The notes beneath the pieces were generated by a model. That model saw nothing but the letters and a program-made list of their open reading frames with translations. It searched no databases and had not been told where the DNA came from. Shown piece after piece: positions 21,792 through 35,500 of a DNA stretch of 64,000 nucleotides. How positions within the stretch are numbered: position 1 is the stretch's first letter; each line of letters begins with the position of its first letter. The stretch is from Tubulanus polymorphus (lineage: Eukaryota; Animalia; Nemertea): positions 2,790,001 through 2,854,000 of the forward strand of contig NC_134031.1 of NCBI RefSeq assembly GCF_964204645.1, written 5' to 3'. The translations under genes and the position numbers were made by a program.

Positions 21792-24700
21792 TCACGTTTG
21801 TTCACAAGACGGCTTCAACATTCTCAATAGATAGCTGCCCAGTTCTTCATCCTAAACGCAAGGAAAATAACCAGTTAGCAGAGAACCAGCTAATCCTAAT
21901 CACATTTGGTACGAACATAGTATAGGTTAGGGGCTAAGAAAATAATGCGGAGATTTTTGGGAATGTAGTTTTGACCGCTCTCTTAGAGTAAGTCATCAAC
22001 ATATAATGTTCCTTCTACCTATGTTAAACTGTAAGAATGTTCCGTATCCCACTGTGTTGAATTCAGTGAGTTTTCCTTTTCTACGAACCTGATAAGACCA
22101 CGAGACGAGAACTTCCTTTTCGTCGTCCTCGTCGCCGGAAACTTTCACCAGAACCGATTCTGAAATCGTTATCGATCCGTCGGTTGAATACTGAATATTC
22201 ACATCGGGTAATTTACTGAAATATACACAATATTGTCAAACGCTCACGCTATCAGATCAAAAGGGAAAATTAGTGACAAAAACCCCATTTTGCCTTTTTC
22301 AGCGTTTAGGCAGACATTTCCTATACTCACGATTTGATAAGCTGATAAAGTTGTTCGGAGAATTTCGCCGGTGTCGTACTCGCTGGATCGTCTAAAGTCA
22401 ATGTAGATGTGAACCGTATTGTGTGTTCCTGTGAGCCTAGCGTTTCTAACGCCTGCAGCGGATCAATCAACTTCATCGTCTGCGAATAAGAAATATCCGG
22501 AGATCGTTTCAAAACGTCGTCAAAATTGATTTCATTCGCTTGAATAGTTGATTTAGATATACTGACATTATCTTGTAGTAACAAAGCTCCATTCATGACT
22601 TTCGCCGATTTCGGATTAGAACCAATAGCTCCTGAAAAATTGAATAAAAATCCCTGCATGGTCGCTATAAACCAGTTAATAGAATCTCAAACTTTAAAAC
22701 TCTCACCTCAAGGAAAACAAAAAATAAATGGACAAGTTTTAAAATGATCATCTAAAATACAAACTGCAGGGTGGCCACTTTTATTTATCAAAATTCGCTG
22801 ACTTTTCTCAAGAAAAATTCCCTGACTCTTCCCTGATTTCCAGGTTAGTGGCCACCTTGATGTGTATCCTTAATGAAGTAGACTGCGCCTTAAAGAGGTC
22901 AGATGCATCAAGATTAAAATGGCACCCAATCTCACCTGCCAGAGATGCCTCTCTCTTGAGTAGTTTCAGAGACACATCGACCGGTATGTTTGGCGTACAG
23001 GGTATGATCACTGTTTCTCCATTCGCCGGTTTAAAACAATTTATATCTGAAACAGTGAATTTACAAATTATCTCCAAGAATTTGTGCCTATACTCAAAGA
23101 CTTTTTAAGTCCTTAAACATACTGAATTCTTGCTGTATTTTTTTCTTAAGGAATTCCATCTTGACGTTTTCGCCGTGTACGAGCATCACGTTCTGCGGCT
23201 CGCATTGTCTGATCAGCTGCATTATTCCTTTAGCATCGGCGTGTGCGCTGAATGACATGTATTCCACCGCTAATTTCACCTCCAACTGTTAAAACATTCA
23301 AAACAATCACGATTTAATCAATAGAAATCTGATATCATAGAAAAAATGTTTCTATAATGATACACAGTAGACTCCACTTTAAATTAAGACATCATTCACC
23401 AGGCATCTACACATTGAATGACGTTTTAAATCTGGACTTCTCCTAATCCAGAAAAATTGCACAAGTGTCCCATGTCCGAATTAAGCAGGGACTTACGTAC
23501 ATCATGTTTGGAGATTTAAACTGAAATTCATTACCGTTTGTCTGTTTTCCAGTTCCAATTTTCGGACGCCACCGAGAATTTTGTGTCCCACCGTTCCAGC
23601 AACGCAATAACCGGGCATTATCACCTGAAATAAGCAACAAGCGTTTACTTCAACAGATCAAGTCCATCAATCGATGTTTATAAACTAAATCTTAAAACCT
23701 ATTTGTTCGTCAAACTAGTTCCCTGTTCTGTTTGTATCACGCAAAGCTAATGCGCATATGGATTTTAGGCTCAATGAATTATTATTATCATTATTTGTGT
23801 GCATTCGGCGTTTACCATGTTGTTTTCGTTGGGCGCCCATCGTTTGAATATCTGCAGCGAGAGTCCAGCGTGCAGCATCCCCGGCGTGGCGAATACGACC
23901 ATCGGTCCGGGATTATCAATAAACGAACGATCAAATGGCTGAAGTATACAAACACACACGATATCACTGAGACCTGTCCTCTCGCGGGGTTCTGAACCCG
24001 ATAGCTTCACGAGTCTCTTATCCGCAGAATCGCGACGCCATCGGCTTCGAATCCGATCATGAACAACATAACAAAAGATCAATGTATAATTGATTCATTT
24101 ACCTTAATGTGTTTGAAATCGAACATATTTCTTTGCACGAATGTTTTTCGTATTTTCTGATTCGTCCAAGTAATAAACAGTTTATAATAATGGTTCGCCT
24201 GAAGAATATTGGAATTCAAAAACAATAAATCTATGACACTGACGAAGATAGAGGGAGGTTTTTACGTATGTTGCGATGAAAGCACCTTTTCAGTGAGTCC
24301 CAGCGAGAAGAAAATCGGAACTTTCAGATTCATTCGATCCCAGTATGTTTCCAGTAGAATGCACAATTCTTGAGCTCTTCCCAACGCGAATACAGGAATC
24401 AACACCTAACAGTTCGAAAATGATATTTCATGAACGATTTCCGACCATGTGTCATTCAGAATAAGGATGTTGTAATAATGAAATTCATCCCTACATACAG
24501 ACATCGGTCAATTCAATAAACCGTTTAACTGTAACCTACCTTACCACCTTTATCGACGCAGTCGTGAACTTTCTTTAGGAAATCGTGTTCTCGAGCTCGT
24601 TTTGAATCTCGTATCGTCGTCGCGTACGTCGATTCCGTGATCAGCAGATTCGGACGACATTTATCGATCCAAGCCGCGCCGAGATGCCGGTCCGGTGTCA

Positions 24701-26485
24701 TATTATAGTCACCCTGAAAAGTTTTGCACAATTTTTGAGTCAAAATAAGTAGATTTCCATGAGTCACAAACCCCACAAATACTACCAAAGTCTACTTAAG
24801 ACACATTAGGGCTATATCATCTCTTTGAAGTTTTGAAATCATCATCAAAAACATTTTTCTTGAAATTTGTCACTTGAGAAACAAATTATTTTATCATTAT
24901 TATCATTTCAGCTTGGATACCAATCTAACAATTATGGTTAAAACTAGATCCTGACTTACCGTGTATACAACTGATTCAGAGCCTACTTTCACGTGAAACA
25001 TCGCGGCTCCCAGAACATGTCCGGCATAATACGCCTTGATTTCCAATTCATCATCAACCTAGAAAACATGTTCACAAACATTCGAAAAAAACAATCTTAA
25101 GAGAAAGGACACAAAGATCTATAACATTCTTGACTCAATGAGTTACCTGTATTGTTTGGTGTAAGTTGACGGCTATTACTTTCTTCATGCAAGATTTAAT
25201 CATTTCCGAAGTGAAGAAATTCTGTTCGCCTTTTCTATCGACAGTGATTTTACGATAATCCTCCTGCAAATTGATTAGAGACGATTAGAAAACGAGGTCT
25301 ACTTGATTATTAGTGAATTAAGACTGATAATTATGCGTATCATTTTACACATACCAACAATATCGGACAAATAGCTTTTGTCGGATGCGTCATGTAAATC
25401 GGACCATCGAAACCGACCATTTCTGACATGTAAGGTAAAGCCCCGCAGTGATCCAAGTGGAAATGACTGAAATAAGTTCAAGAACCATTTTGAACGAAGC
25501 AGTTTAATTATCTTATTGAAAGTTAATTCTAAAGGGTCTTACGTGATGATAACGCAGTCGAGATGTTCTGTAAGTCGGCCGGTTCGAGTAATGAACGTGA
25601 AATCGGGAAACCTTCGCTGAAATTATAGAAAAATGGACCCAGTTTCACACCTTGAATTCAGTTTGAATCTATGGAATTATGAATAGTTCGTTGTCCATTG
25701 ATAATGAACGATCTCGCAATTGATGACTTCTTAAGTTTTTGATTCATTAACATTTTCTTTCATTTCCATATGTTTGAATCTAGAGTCTGTTTAATCCTTA
25801 CAACCCAAGAGGGTCCTGGGACCGTTTATCAGTTCAGTTACAGTCAAAATCGCATATTGGACACATCTCATACATCATTTAATGGATACAGTTTCTAGAC
25901 AGTTCCCACTCGATGAGAGGATAATTGATGTCTTTATAGAGTCATGACTTCCACCTAACATTATAGAAAATGGAGTCAACCGATCTGATTTTGTTGCTCA
26001 CCTCATCGTTGTAGCCCATGTGCATTCCACAATCCATCATTATATTCTTACCACCGACCGTTATCAACACACAACTGCGACCAACGTCTTTAAAACAACA
26101 GTCAACATATCAGATGAATTTAAAAGTAAGTAAAAATCAACCGGTCGAAAATAGAACGAATTTGTAGATGGTGGAAAATATAGAAATGCTTGTATTATTA
26201 GGCCTATAAGCAAACTGAATTTTTGCCAAAGTTCCAATACAAGCCAAGGGAATCTGGTATCTAGACTTGTCGAATTATTTAACATCAGCGACTAAAGTAG
26301 GCATGCAATAAACTTTTGGAAGGCTTACCTTGACCAGCACCTGAAAATGAAAAAAAAGTATAGGGTTAAAAACTCAAAAAATCAAAAGAAAAAGATCGAA
26401 AAAAGATAGCAAATTCGATGGAAACGGAGACTTCAAAATCAAATATACTGATCTTACCTAATGGTACGACACTTATTTCTGACAT
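21792..26485 (-). CDS. INTS11: Integrator complex subunit 11 (CPSF3L), metallo-beta-lactamase/beta-CASP RNA endonuclease
   Basis: Multi-exon: [19 protein letters not shown]...[136 protein letters not shown] at 26485, stop at 21792-21794. Confidence 0.95.
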
Positions 26486-26733
26486 AGTTCAGTTTCTAGT
26501 TGATATCCTCATTCAAACCTGTGGAAAAGTGGGTTTAAAACATAAAATTTGGGCCCAAAATTTTGCGGGTCCGTCTTTCGCTCAACGACCTTGAAAACTG
26601 GAGATATCTCGAGAACGCGATGCCGCCACCGAATAACACTACAAACCGGGCCTAGACTAACAGAAATCTCCGGATTCGGACCGAAATCTGGATTGATACA
26701 GCTCTGAATTTCGCGATAAAAGAAGACAGAATT
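26486..26733. promoter_or_regulatory. Bidirectional promoter shared by INTS11 and TADA1
   Basis: Divergent start codons only 248 bp apart. The interval is CpG-richer than the flanking introns, with TCTCGAGA / TTTCGCGATA, GGGCCCAAA and TTTTGCGGG motifs. Confidence 0.7.
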
Positions 26734-29700
26734 ATGGCTTCTGGGTCGAGTTTCCAGCCTAATCGAGGCCCAACCGGGTTAAATGTAGCTAAGAAGAACC
26801 TACAGGATGTACTGGGAGATGACATGAAAATGTAAGTTTTATTCAGAACGAATTTTCATCATATTTTGATAATGAATCTGGCCACGGCATAAGAAGGTGT
26901 ATTCACTTCCTATTTTCAATTCTCCGACCTGTCAAAAATCTGTAAATGAACCAAGATAGTCATTGATGTTTCAGGTATTTACAGTTACTGAAAGCCTGGT
27001 TCAAACAGAAGGTAAGAATCCAAATCATTTAAACTTTTAAAAAGCCAGGCATTCTCTTCCCTAGTTAGTTACCTAAATCGTTGGTGGTAAGGTTTTTATT
27101 ATCGGATGGGCTTGTGAAACTATCTGATCGTGAAACTAAACCACAGACAGGTTACTGACTATCTCTTCTTGATATGCGGGTTGCACTCTCTCTCACTCTC
27201 CTCTTAAACTTTGTCTTCATATTATTTCAGTTATCAAGAACAGAATTTGATTATAAAGCGAGAAAAATGCTTCCAATGCAATCAAGTAAGTAATAGATAA
27301 ATAATCATTAATCTTCTGTTCGCAAATCCTTCGAAGACTTGGTTAAAATAAGTTCATTTCAATTATTTCAACTCTTAGAATCAAATAGGCCTACTAACAG
27401 ATAACTGTCATTGTCATTGTTTAACCAGGTTCTGTAGTTTTGTAATTGCAAATTTCAGTGAATCTGCACAATGAATTTCTGTTGGCTATTTTGGGAAAAT
27501 GTCAAAGTCTTGGTTCTGTGGTCGGTAGGTTATCAAACAATCCTTGTACCGTACTGTGTATAATGATTTCGTTGTGAATTCTAAGAAATTCTAACTTTTG
27601 CTAAACTTTCATTTTCTTTTCTCGAACACAGCGTCGAAAGATTCTCACATGCCAGCTCACAGTATCGCTAGTCAAAGATTGTTAAAACGCGCGAAAATGA
27701 AACGAAAAACTGGAATCCCGAAAACCAGTTACCAGGTAGGAGCAACACTTCAGTAAACAGCAATACTGAAACTTCATAGCCTCAGATCCCTAGATCTTTA
27801 ATACAGTTAACCTCCCCTATTATTGGACAAACTGGTGCAGGCAAAATTGTTCCGAGTTAAGAAGCAATGTCTGTATTATGTAATAATTTCGTTTGTTGAG
27901 TTAATTGAAAATTCTAAGTCGAAAAGTCAAAGTTTGCCATGTTCGATTTAGGTGAGGTTTACTGTATTCATAGATCTATTTTATAATAGATCTACTGCAC
28001 TGCTCAATTCATGTCTATGATACAATTTTTCTTAGTTAACCAGGGGCCGGTTCCATAGTCGGGCTTAGACTTAAGACTGGTCTAAGACAAACTTAGCTCT
28101 ATAGCCAATCTAACAACTTATGACCGGTCTTAAGGTTTAAGACCACCTTTGGTCTTAAGTCTTGACTATGGAACCGACCCCAGAATTTTCCGATAAATAA
28201 TAATTTGTTGGGGGCATTGTTCTTGTTTTCGTAGCATCGTTTCGTTCCGTACGATCCTTTGAAACACGTTCCACAAGTCGCGTCGAAATCTCCCGAAGAA
28301 GAATGCGGTCTAGGTAAGCTTCTAGAATGTCTCGTCTCGATCAGGGAGTTGAAGGGTCGGCTCCATTCTTCTAGGTTCATTTTGCCTATCCTTTGGATCA
28401 TCCGACACTGTTTCGACTGATGTCTTGATGGTTGGTTACTTCAATTTTTGTGACCAGGAATTCACAATTTGATCAGAAACCCAAATGTGGGATAATCGAG
28501 GGTTGGCTGTGGTTCATATTCAGTGAAATGTTCACTTATAAGTGAAAATAGATCCAGTAATTTGACTTTTTTTAAAGTTATAGTGTGAGTTATATTTGTA
28601 CTTTTCGTTTCCTAGTTTTTGCGAGTCGTGAAATGACGCTTCCCGACTTATCGATCATTCACGGCAGAATGCTCGTCGCTGTTTGGGAAAACGGTATGGA
28701 CGATGTACAAGACAACGCTATCAGACTGGTATCGCTTGCTATGGAGGTAAGCCTTAAAATATTCTGTCAATCACTGTATGGTAGACTCCGCCCACCAGTA
28801 ACTGGGTTAGGAGATATTCAGAAAGTAAGCGTGTATCATGAAAGGGGGTCAAAATTTGGCATTTCTCCCTTTAACTATTATGCTAAAGTTTTGTCAAAAT
28901 TACGTGGCCAATACAATACATTGAGTGAAATAGATTCGAAGCACAGAAACTGAAATTCTCAAGCAAGACTAGAAGTGATGTTACTGACATACTGAAACAG
29001 AATCGGAATGATTGTCCCGAAAGAAATAGAATCCGAATTATGAAATCGGTCGGTATCACTATGACTAAATATTTCTCTCTCCTTATTTTAGAATTTGTTG
29101 AAGAATATTCTAACTGTTGTTTTATCGCGGCGAAACTCGTATAAAACTCGAGAGAATCGATTTCGTTACGCTATGGGCTGTCCGCTGCCGTCTGTGTTCC
29201 TACGTAATTCCACCCTCAGCCATGATTATTCCATGGAAAGGTTAGTGTAAAGTTATTCACCCGAGTGCTGGGAATGTGAAGTCTTGCTCCAGGGGCTAGT
29301 TGTGTATGGCTTAGATTTGAAACCAGTCGAAGTTGCTACAGATCAGTCGTTCCTGGATATAAGGAGTTCTAAAGGAAATTTCAAATTTCGTGGAAGCATT
29401 TGCGCCACTTTCATATCCTTATTACTGTAGACTCCTCCTAAATCGGTACTTTTTGATTAGGTCTATGTGGTTTCATAAGCAAATTTTTATCCTTTACACT
29501 ACCTAAACTCTGTTTCTAATTTGGTAAATACAAAACCTGGTCCCAACTGTATCATTTTAGGAGTAGTTTACTGTACAACTGCCAACTAGACAAAAATTTC
29601 TAATTGCCTATTTCTCAAAATTCAAGCATTTTCAAGCATTTGCTGTTTTGGAAGGAGTTTTCAAGGAGTTGTAGGGACCCTGACTATTGTTGTATAACCT

Positions 29701-30575
29701 ATCTAACAAATAAGACAACTTGGACTTTTAAGCCATGACTTCGCTAGTGGGCAAGGTTTCAGATTGACCTCACAATCTAATCAAATACCGTTAACCCGGT
29801 CCGGTCATCAAATCGTTGTTTCAGCGAAGAGACGTCTGTCACGAGTCAAGGTCAAGTGATCCCGTCGATTAAACCGTCTGCCGAAGTGGCCGAAATAGAC
29901 GCGATCACTCAAATATCCAGCCATAATAAACAACAATGTAAATATCCGGTCTCGCTGTTCGATGTGTATAAAGGCTTACAGGTACGATTTATAACGCTAT
30001 TCAGGATCCAATTCCATAGTTGTGAGTTCAGATTTGACTCATTGAAAATAAACTAAATTAACTCAAAGGTTAACTCCAACTCACAGCCATTGGAAATTGT
30101 ATATGCTTCTGTTATGATTCCACCATGTTGACAAAAATTGTCTGAAGGCCATGACTTGGTCACAATTTATATCAATAGGATATTGATTGTTCAATGCATC
30201 TTTACCCGCATTTCGACGACCTGACAGATTTCAAGCTAAAATTGGCACAATTATTTTGCACGTACCCGCTTAGTTTGACTCGGATAATATCCACGTCCTG
30301 GCTGATTGGAGTTGGTTTCGGCGTGCATCTTCGAAATTGCTCCGATTGTAGACATCGTTTGTATTTTGTAGGTATATAAAAGTGCTATACCGTCTCATAC
30401 GGTTTACACGATGGCGATGGAGAACATCATCAGTAAAATGTGGCATCCAAGCAACGAGGACCTCGAACAGGAGACGTTGTATCATCGAGAACGTCAGATT
30501 AGAGATCAGAAAAAATACGATAACTCTTGTTTTACGAATCTCAATCAGAAGGACAAGTTATATAATACGACTTGA
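26734..30575 (+). CDS. TADA1: Transcriptional adapter 1 (SAGA core subunit), about 10 exons
   Basis: LNVAKKNLQDVLGDDMKM-YLQLLKAWFKQK-LSRTEFDYKARKML-NLHNEFLLAILGKCQ, FASREMTLPDLSIIHGRMLVAVWENGMDDV, NLLKNILTVVLSRR, PVSLFDVYKGLQ-VYKSAIPSHTVYTMAMENIISKMWHPSNEDLEQ. Stop at 30573-30575. Confidence 0.9.
27804..27964. mobile_element. Tc1/mariner-pogo (Tigger-like) MITE
   Basis: TA|CAGTTAACCTC...GAGGTTTACTG|TA. Similar ends at 29425-29573 and 62645-62794. Confidence 0.5.
28044..28180. mobile_element. PIF/Harbinger-type MITE with CAG TSD
   Basis: CAG|GGGCCGGTTCCATAGTC...GACTATGGAACCGACCC|CAG, with internal GACTTAAGAC/GTCTTAAGTC inverted repeats. Confidence 0.7.
29425..29573. mobile_element. Tigger-like MITE
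   Basis: TA|CTGTAGACTCCTCCTAAA...TTTAGGAGTAGTTTACTG|TA. Confidence 0.5.
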
Positions 30576-32352
30576 AGATCGCTAAAGCATTTCAGCGTTT
30601 TACGCAAGACTTTCTGTTTTCGTACTTTGATTCACAGCTGGTTTCGAAGCGGTGGGTTCAAATGGCAGCTGAAGTAGCCTGTGGTGTTTAATTCATATCT
30701 GATTCGAAGAAACCTAACTCTGCGTGGAGTTTCCGTGTAACTGCCCTGAACTGTCATGAAATAACTACCCTGAACTGTTTGATAACTGAGTTATCGAAAT
30801 GAATGAAGTTAATGCATTTTTGTAGCAAAATAAATTAAGAATTCTACAATAAAATAGCTGACTCGTTTTGTCTTTGATGTGGACTTTGGACCAGGAGCTT
30901 GTTTCACAGTTTTGTAGAAATTTGACCCTTGGGTAAAATGAAATGAGAGCCATGGAACCGACGCCTGGATTTCAGTCGGTCAAACATCGGAAGTATATTG
31001 ACATGACTCCATCAAAGTTGAATACAACTATTTATTAAAAAATATCTTTCCTTCAATTTTTCTGATTCTGAACTGTATCAAATTGGGTGAAATATTTTGT
31101 CCCGTCACTAGATATGTAGAACCTTAACTTCCAATCGATAGACAAAGGAATTTCTATTCACATTCTGTTAAAATGGTCCTTAGATTTGTGCTTGAGTTAA
31201 ATAGATAATTCAACTTGAAAAGTATTCAAGCTAAGAAGAGCCACCTCTATACACAGGTAAGTGTACTACCCTGATATTAAGGGGGGGTCGACTCAATCTG
31301 AAATGAGCGAATCTTATACTGAAAGCAAACCCATGAAATAAACACCAAAAAGCATCCGTGTACAATATACGTAAAAAATTGTATTTTCAAATAACTAAAA
31401 ACCGCGTCAAATTTTGGACGAAACACACTCTAATGAAATACTATTTTTTTCTCTTTTTACACACAAACACTTTACCGTATTACACAACAATAAAAAAATG
31501 AAACGACTTAAAAAATGCGGAACAAAAAAAAAACATCTTTTTCGATAAATCCTTATATGAAATACAATAACAACTATATCGCTTAACATGAGATAAAACA
31601 CGGTTGTTTTTGTATACGTTTCTTAATTAAATGCTGAATAAAATCGCAAGAAGATTCAGATAAACATTTATGTATAGACGAACAACAATCATATAATATA
31701 GTTATTACACTTATGAAAAATATACGCGCGAACTACAGTAGAACCCGGATCACTAGGGACCATGCTCATATCAGTATTTACGAGTTTTTGTGATAAGAAG
31801 TAACAGTTTTAATGTATTTAATCTCAAATCAAATGGACTAAACTTTTTGTCTGAATTAAGCGAAAATCGAAAAAGCGAAATATAAACGTGTTAACTGGGA
31901 TTGCCTGCATTTATCTGAATCGAAAGATAGATTTCCTCGAAAAATGAGATAAACCGTGGATATCAAAGGTATAAATATTCGTGCAGTTGGAGAAAATATA
32001 ACCACTGAATGGTTAAACAGATCATTATTTCTTGAACCTCTCGAAATACATTTCGGCAGCATGTACGCAATATGTAATAGGTTCCAGTAAGAAAATTGAC
32101 CAGGCCATAACAATATTGAAACTGGTATCCAAACAAGCCACTTATCCATGGACTATATAAAGGCTTCATCGTCTGGAAGTTAGGGTTTTTTGGTTTAAAA
32201 AGCCCTCAAGACAACATCGAGTAATAAAAGCTACTTCAATCTACCCAAAGATAGAAACCCTCGCGCGCATTCCGAAATCATTGTTTTGTATATATCAAGT
32301 TGATTATATAATAATACTATGTACAGTGAGCAAATTTTCAAAATAACTACAG

Positions 32353-32492
32353 AACCCAGTTCCACAGTTGCAGCTTGACATGTATAATCAACTAATCTAC
32401 TGTAACCTCGCGACAGTTAGAGTACAAATTTGACTGGTAATGATTGATTAGGAACTTATTAAGACTTGAACTCACAGCTGTGGAACCGGTCC
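32353..32492. mobile_element. PIF/Harbinger-type MITE (family of 9536-9643)
   Basis: ACCCAGTTCCACAGTTG...CAGCTGTGGAACCGGT. Confidence 0.55.
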
Positions 32493-32525
32493 CTCTGATT
32501 TAAGTACTGAACATCGTGTTATGTT

Positions 32526-35500
32526 TTATCCTAATAGTTTTCTGATGTCACCGCAAACTTTTACAGGAGCCTCTGTATCGGGGGACACTTTCATTCTCTG
32601 AGGAGAACCGCTGATATCTGAAAGTATGAAAGATAAGTATATGTATAAACAGTGTAATTCAAACCCTAGGGCCAGCCAGTATCAAAGACCTAGTGAATCG
32701 AATTGAATGAAATTCAAACATTTACCGCTAAAATCCATTTCAGGGAAAGTTAATTTCAGAAGACGTTCGAATCTTGTTTGTACGAAGTTACAATTCCGAA
32801 CCAGTTCAGTTTCAGGCTGAAAAAATTGATATGCACAAATAATTGAACAGTTTTCATCAAAATTATTAACTATAATTTCATTTTTGTAAAGTATCGAGAG
32901 TTGTACCTTGTTGTAAATTCGACAATTTCGGAAAATTCGCCGGAAATCGCTGACGAATTGTTGAATGAACTCGTATTTACGCTGGCGTAGTTTACCCGCT
33001 ATCCAGTCCAACCACATCGGATATTTCACAACCGCGTAATAATCCACTGGAAGCTGCAATAAATAACAACAATTACCTTAATACCTAGAATTCTAATGAA
33101 TGCTTAATGACATTTACGATATGTCCATTACCTCATCTTCTGACCATTCCGTTCGAAAATCTGAACTTTCTTTCAAATTCCACATATCGTCCAATATCTT
33201 CATACATTCCTGGAAAAATACAGACAGAAAATATAGAAACACAGACAAAGTTCTTCGATTGCGTTGGAAAAACCTACAGCAATTTTCAAAAACGTATATC
33301 GACAAAAATGAATTATATATAGATTTTAAGGTTTTCTATCTCAGGAAATCTTGAATTTTCCATAAGGGCATTGCTGGATCCCGCTATTTCAGCACAGTCA
33401 ACTTAGCTCATCCTGTATCAACATATAATTGAATACTCTTCATGCCACTTAGTTCTTGTTCTAAATGGGAGAAGATTCTGAATATGAAGGTGCCAAGTGG
33501 TAACAATTCAAGAACAAGTTAGTTCTTAAGTTTTCAAAATTCCCTTAAGTCTCACTTACAGAAGTGTACTGGAAACCACGCTTATTCATAGGTGAAATAT
33601 TCTCGGTGGTCACTCTAGGCGTCACATGTCTATGCGGAGTATTCGAACCAGATCTAAGCCGGGTAGGAGTTAATACCGGTCTCGGGGTCAGTTTTTCGAG
33701 CACATCCAGTTTAAGATCAAGATGTCCTTCTGAGAGACTGCAAAAAAAATTTCCAATTTGTTAGTTAGATAATGATCTCTTAAAGAATGCTAAGTTTATA
33801 CCATACAGCAAAAATCAAGCACTTTCAACACCCCCCCAAATCAAATGGAATATATCTTTTAAGAAACTTACTGATGCAAATCGGGTGAATCAACTGACGC
33901 AGGAATTAATGGTTCATCATCTGAAGGCTGAGAGGCAGCACCATTTACTGAAAATCATTATGAATAGATGCTTAATGCTAGCAATTAGAATTTGAAAATA
34001 CATGTACTCAGAATTTCAAATTCTGAGGCCAGTTGTAGGTTAGTTACAACCATCTACGCCGAATATGAGTTGAATTTACAGCGAAATATATGATTAATGC
34101 ACCTAAACGTACCATCATTCGATTTCTCATTACTGTATGAATCAGACAGACATCGTTTGACTGACGTCGATAGAATCTTCGTAGAATTCTCGACCGGTGT
34201 TCGGTGCTGCCAAGGTAGAAAATAACCGATTACAACGGTCTAACCCATACTGAGAATAAATCTAATTCAGATCAACAGCACTGAAGGTTCTTCTTACCTT
34301 TACGCAGTTATTGTTATCATCCATGCGTTGTTTTACGTGCAGTCGATGGTGACCCATGCTTTTACGCGCCGTCCTTTTCCCGAACCATTTACTTCTAATC
34401 TTGTCCAAATCTTTACCGCCATTCGCGGCGTTTCTGGTCGACGAATTTTTATTTGTAGCGCTGCTGCCCCGGGATGGATTTTCACTTTGCATCGACTTTC
34501 CATTGTAATTCAGTTCAGTCGGCGCGGAAGTTTTATCGGTTATTTTCGTCTTGAACTTCTGCAACAATGTTGACCACTTTTCCTTATTGAAACTACGGTT
34601 CTGAGCTGCATCATCACTCAATGCCGAGAGAGTACCATTACCTTCAGGTACGATAGCATCGGCTCTTTTTATTGTGTTCCCAAATTTTAGTTCGTAATCC
34701 AATGCATTCAACATCTTTTCTGTAAATCTTCCACCTTCAATATCAGAATTCAGCAAATTTTGGTGAAATGAATGTATTTCTTTATAAATATCACCCATCT
34801 CATGATGTTCTTTTCTGACACTCTTTGCTTTCTCTTCATGAATCGGTTCATCGCATTGCACTCTACTTTTTGCAGACACTTCCACAGTGTTACTGCTTAT
34901 TTTCACTTTCTGCGATGAACACTGATTCCTATGACTGTGAGGTTGGTTAACCTCTTTAGAAACTTTCTTCGGATGAAAGCTTTTCGTCTCGTGAGTTTCA
35001 ATTAGTGCATTCTGATGGGGATTTTCATGGTTTTCCTTTTTCGTTTTGTCTCTTTCAAGATTTTTGGTGACTTCTTCAACGTCATTTCTTTTTTCCAGTA
35101 GCATAACATCTGCAAAACTTGGATCTGTCTCCCTCTGCTGAGGAAGAGTTGGTTTCGTAATAAGCTTCTTCGCTTTTGTCGTGGTTGACAAGGCCACATT
35201 ACTCAATACCTGGATCGGACCGCTTGAAATGGAAAGAATTTTTGGAAAGTCGGGCGGCACCGTCCCATTAGGATGAACTTCATTGCAGATCATTAGATCA
35301 GACTGCTTATCATGGACTTTTACGATATTTTTCACCATTTTATCAACAATCTTTTTAATGACTTCATATCTGAGAGCATTCACATCAGTCTTAACTGCTT
35401 CGTCTCCTACAGAAGTAGATCTCTTGCTTTCGACATTCACCTCTATTACCGGTATGACATTTCTCTTCTCAGCATCGAAGTCGTACAATACAGATTTGCT

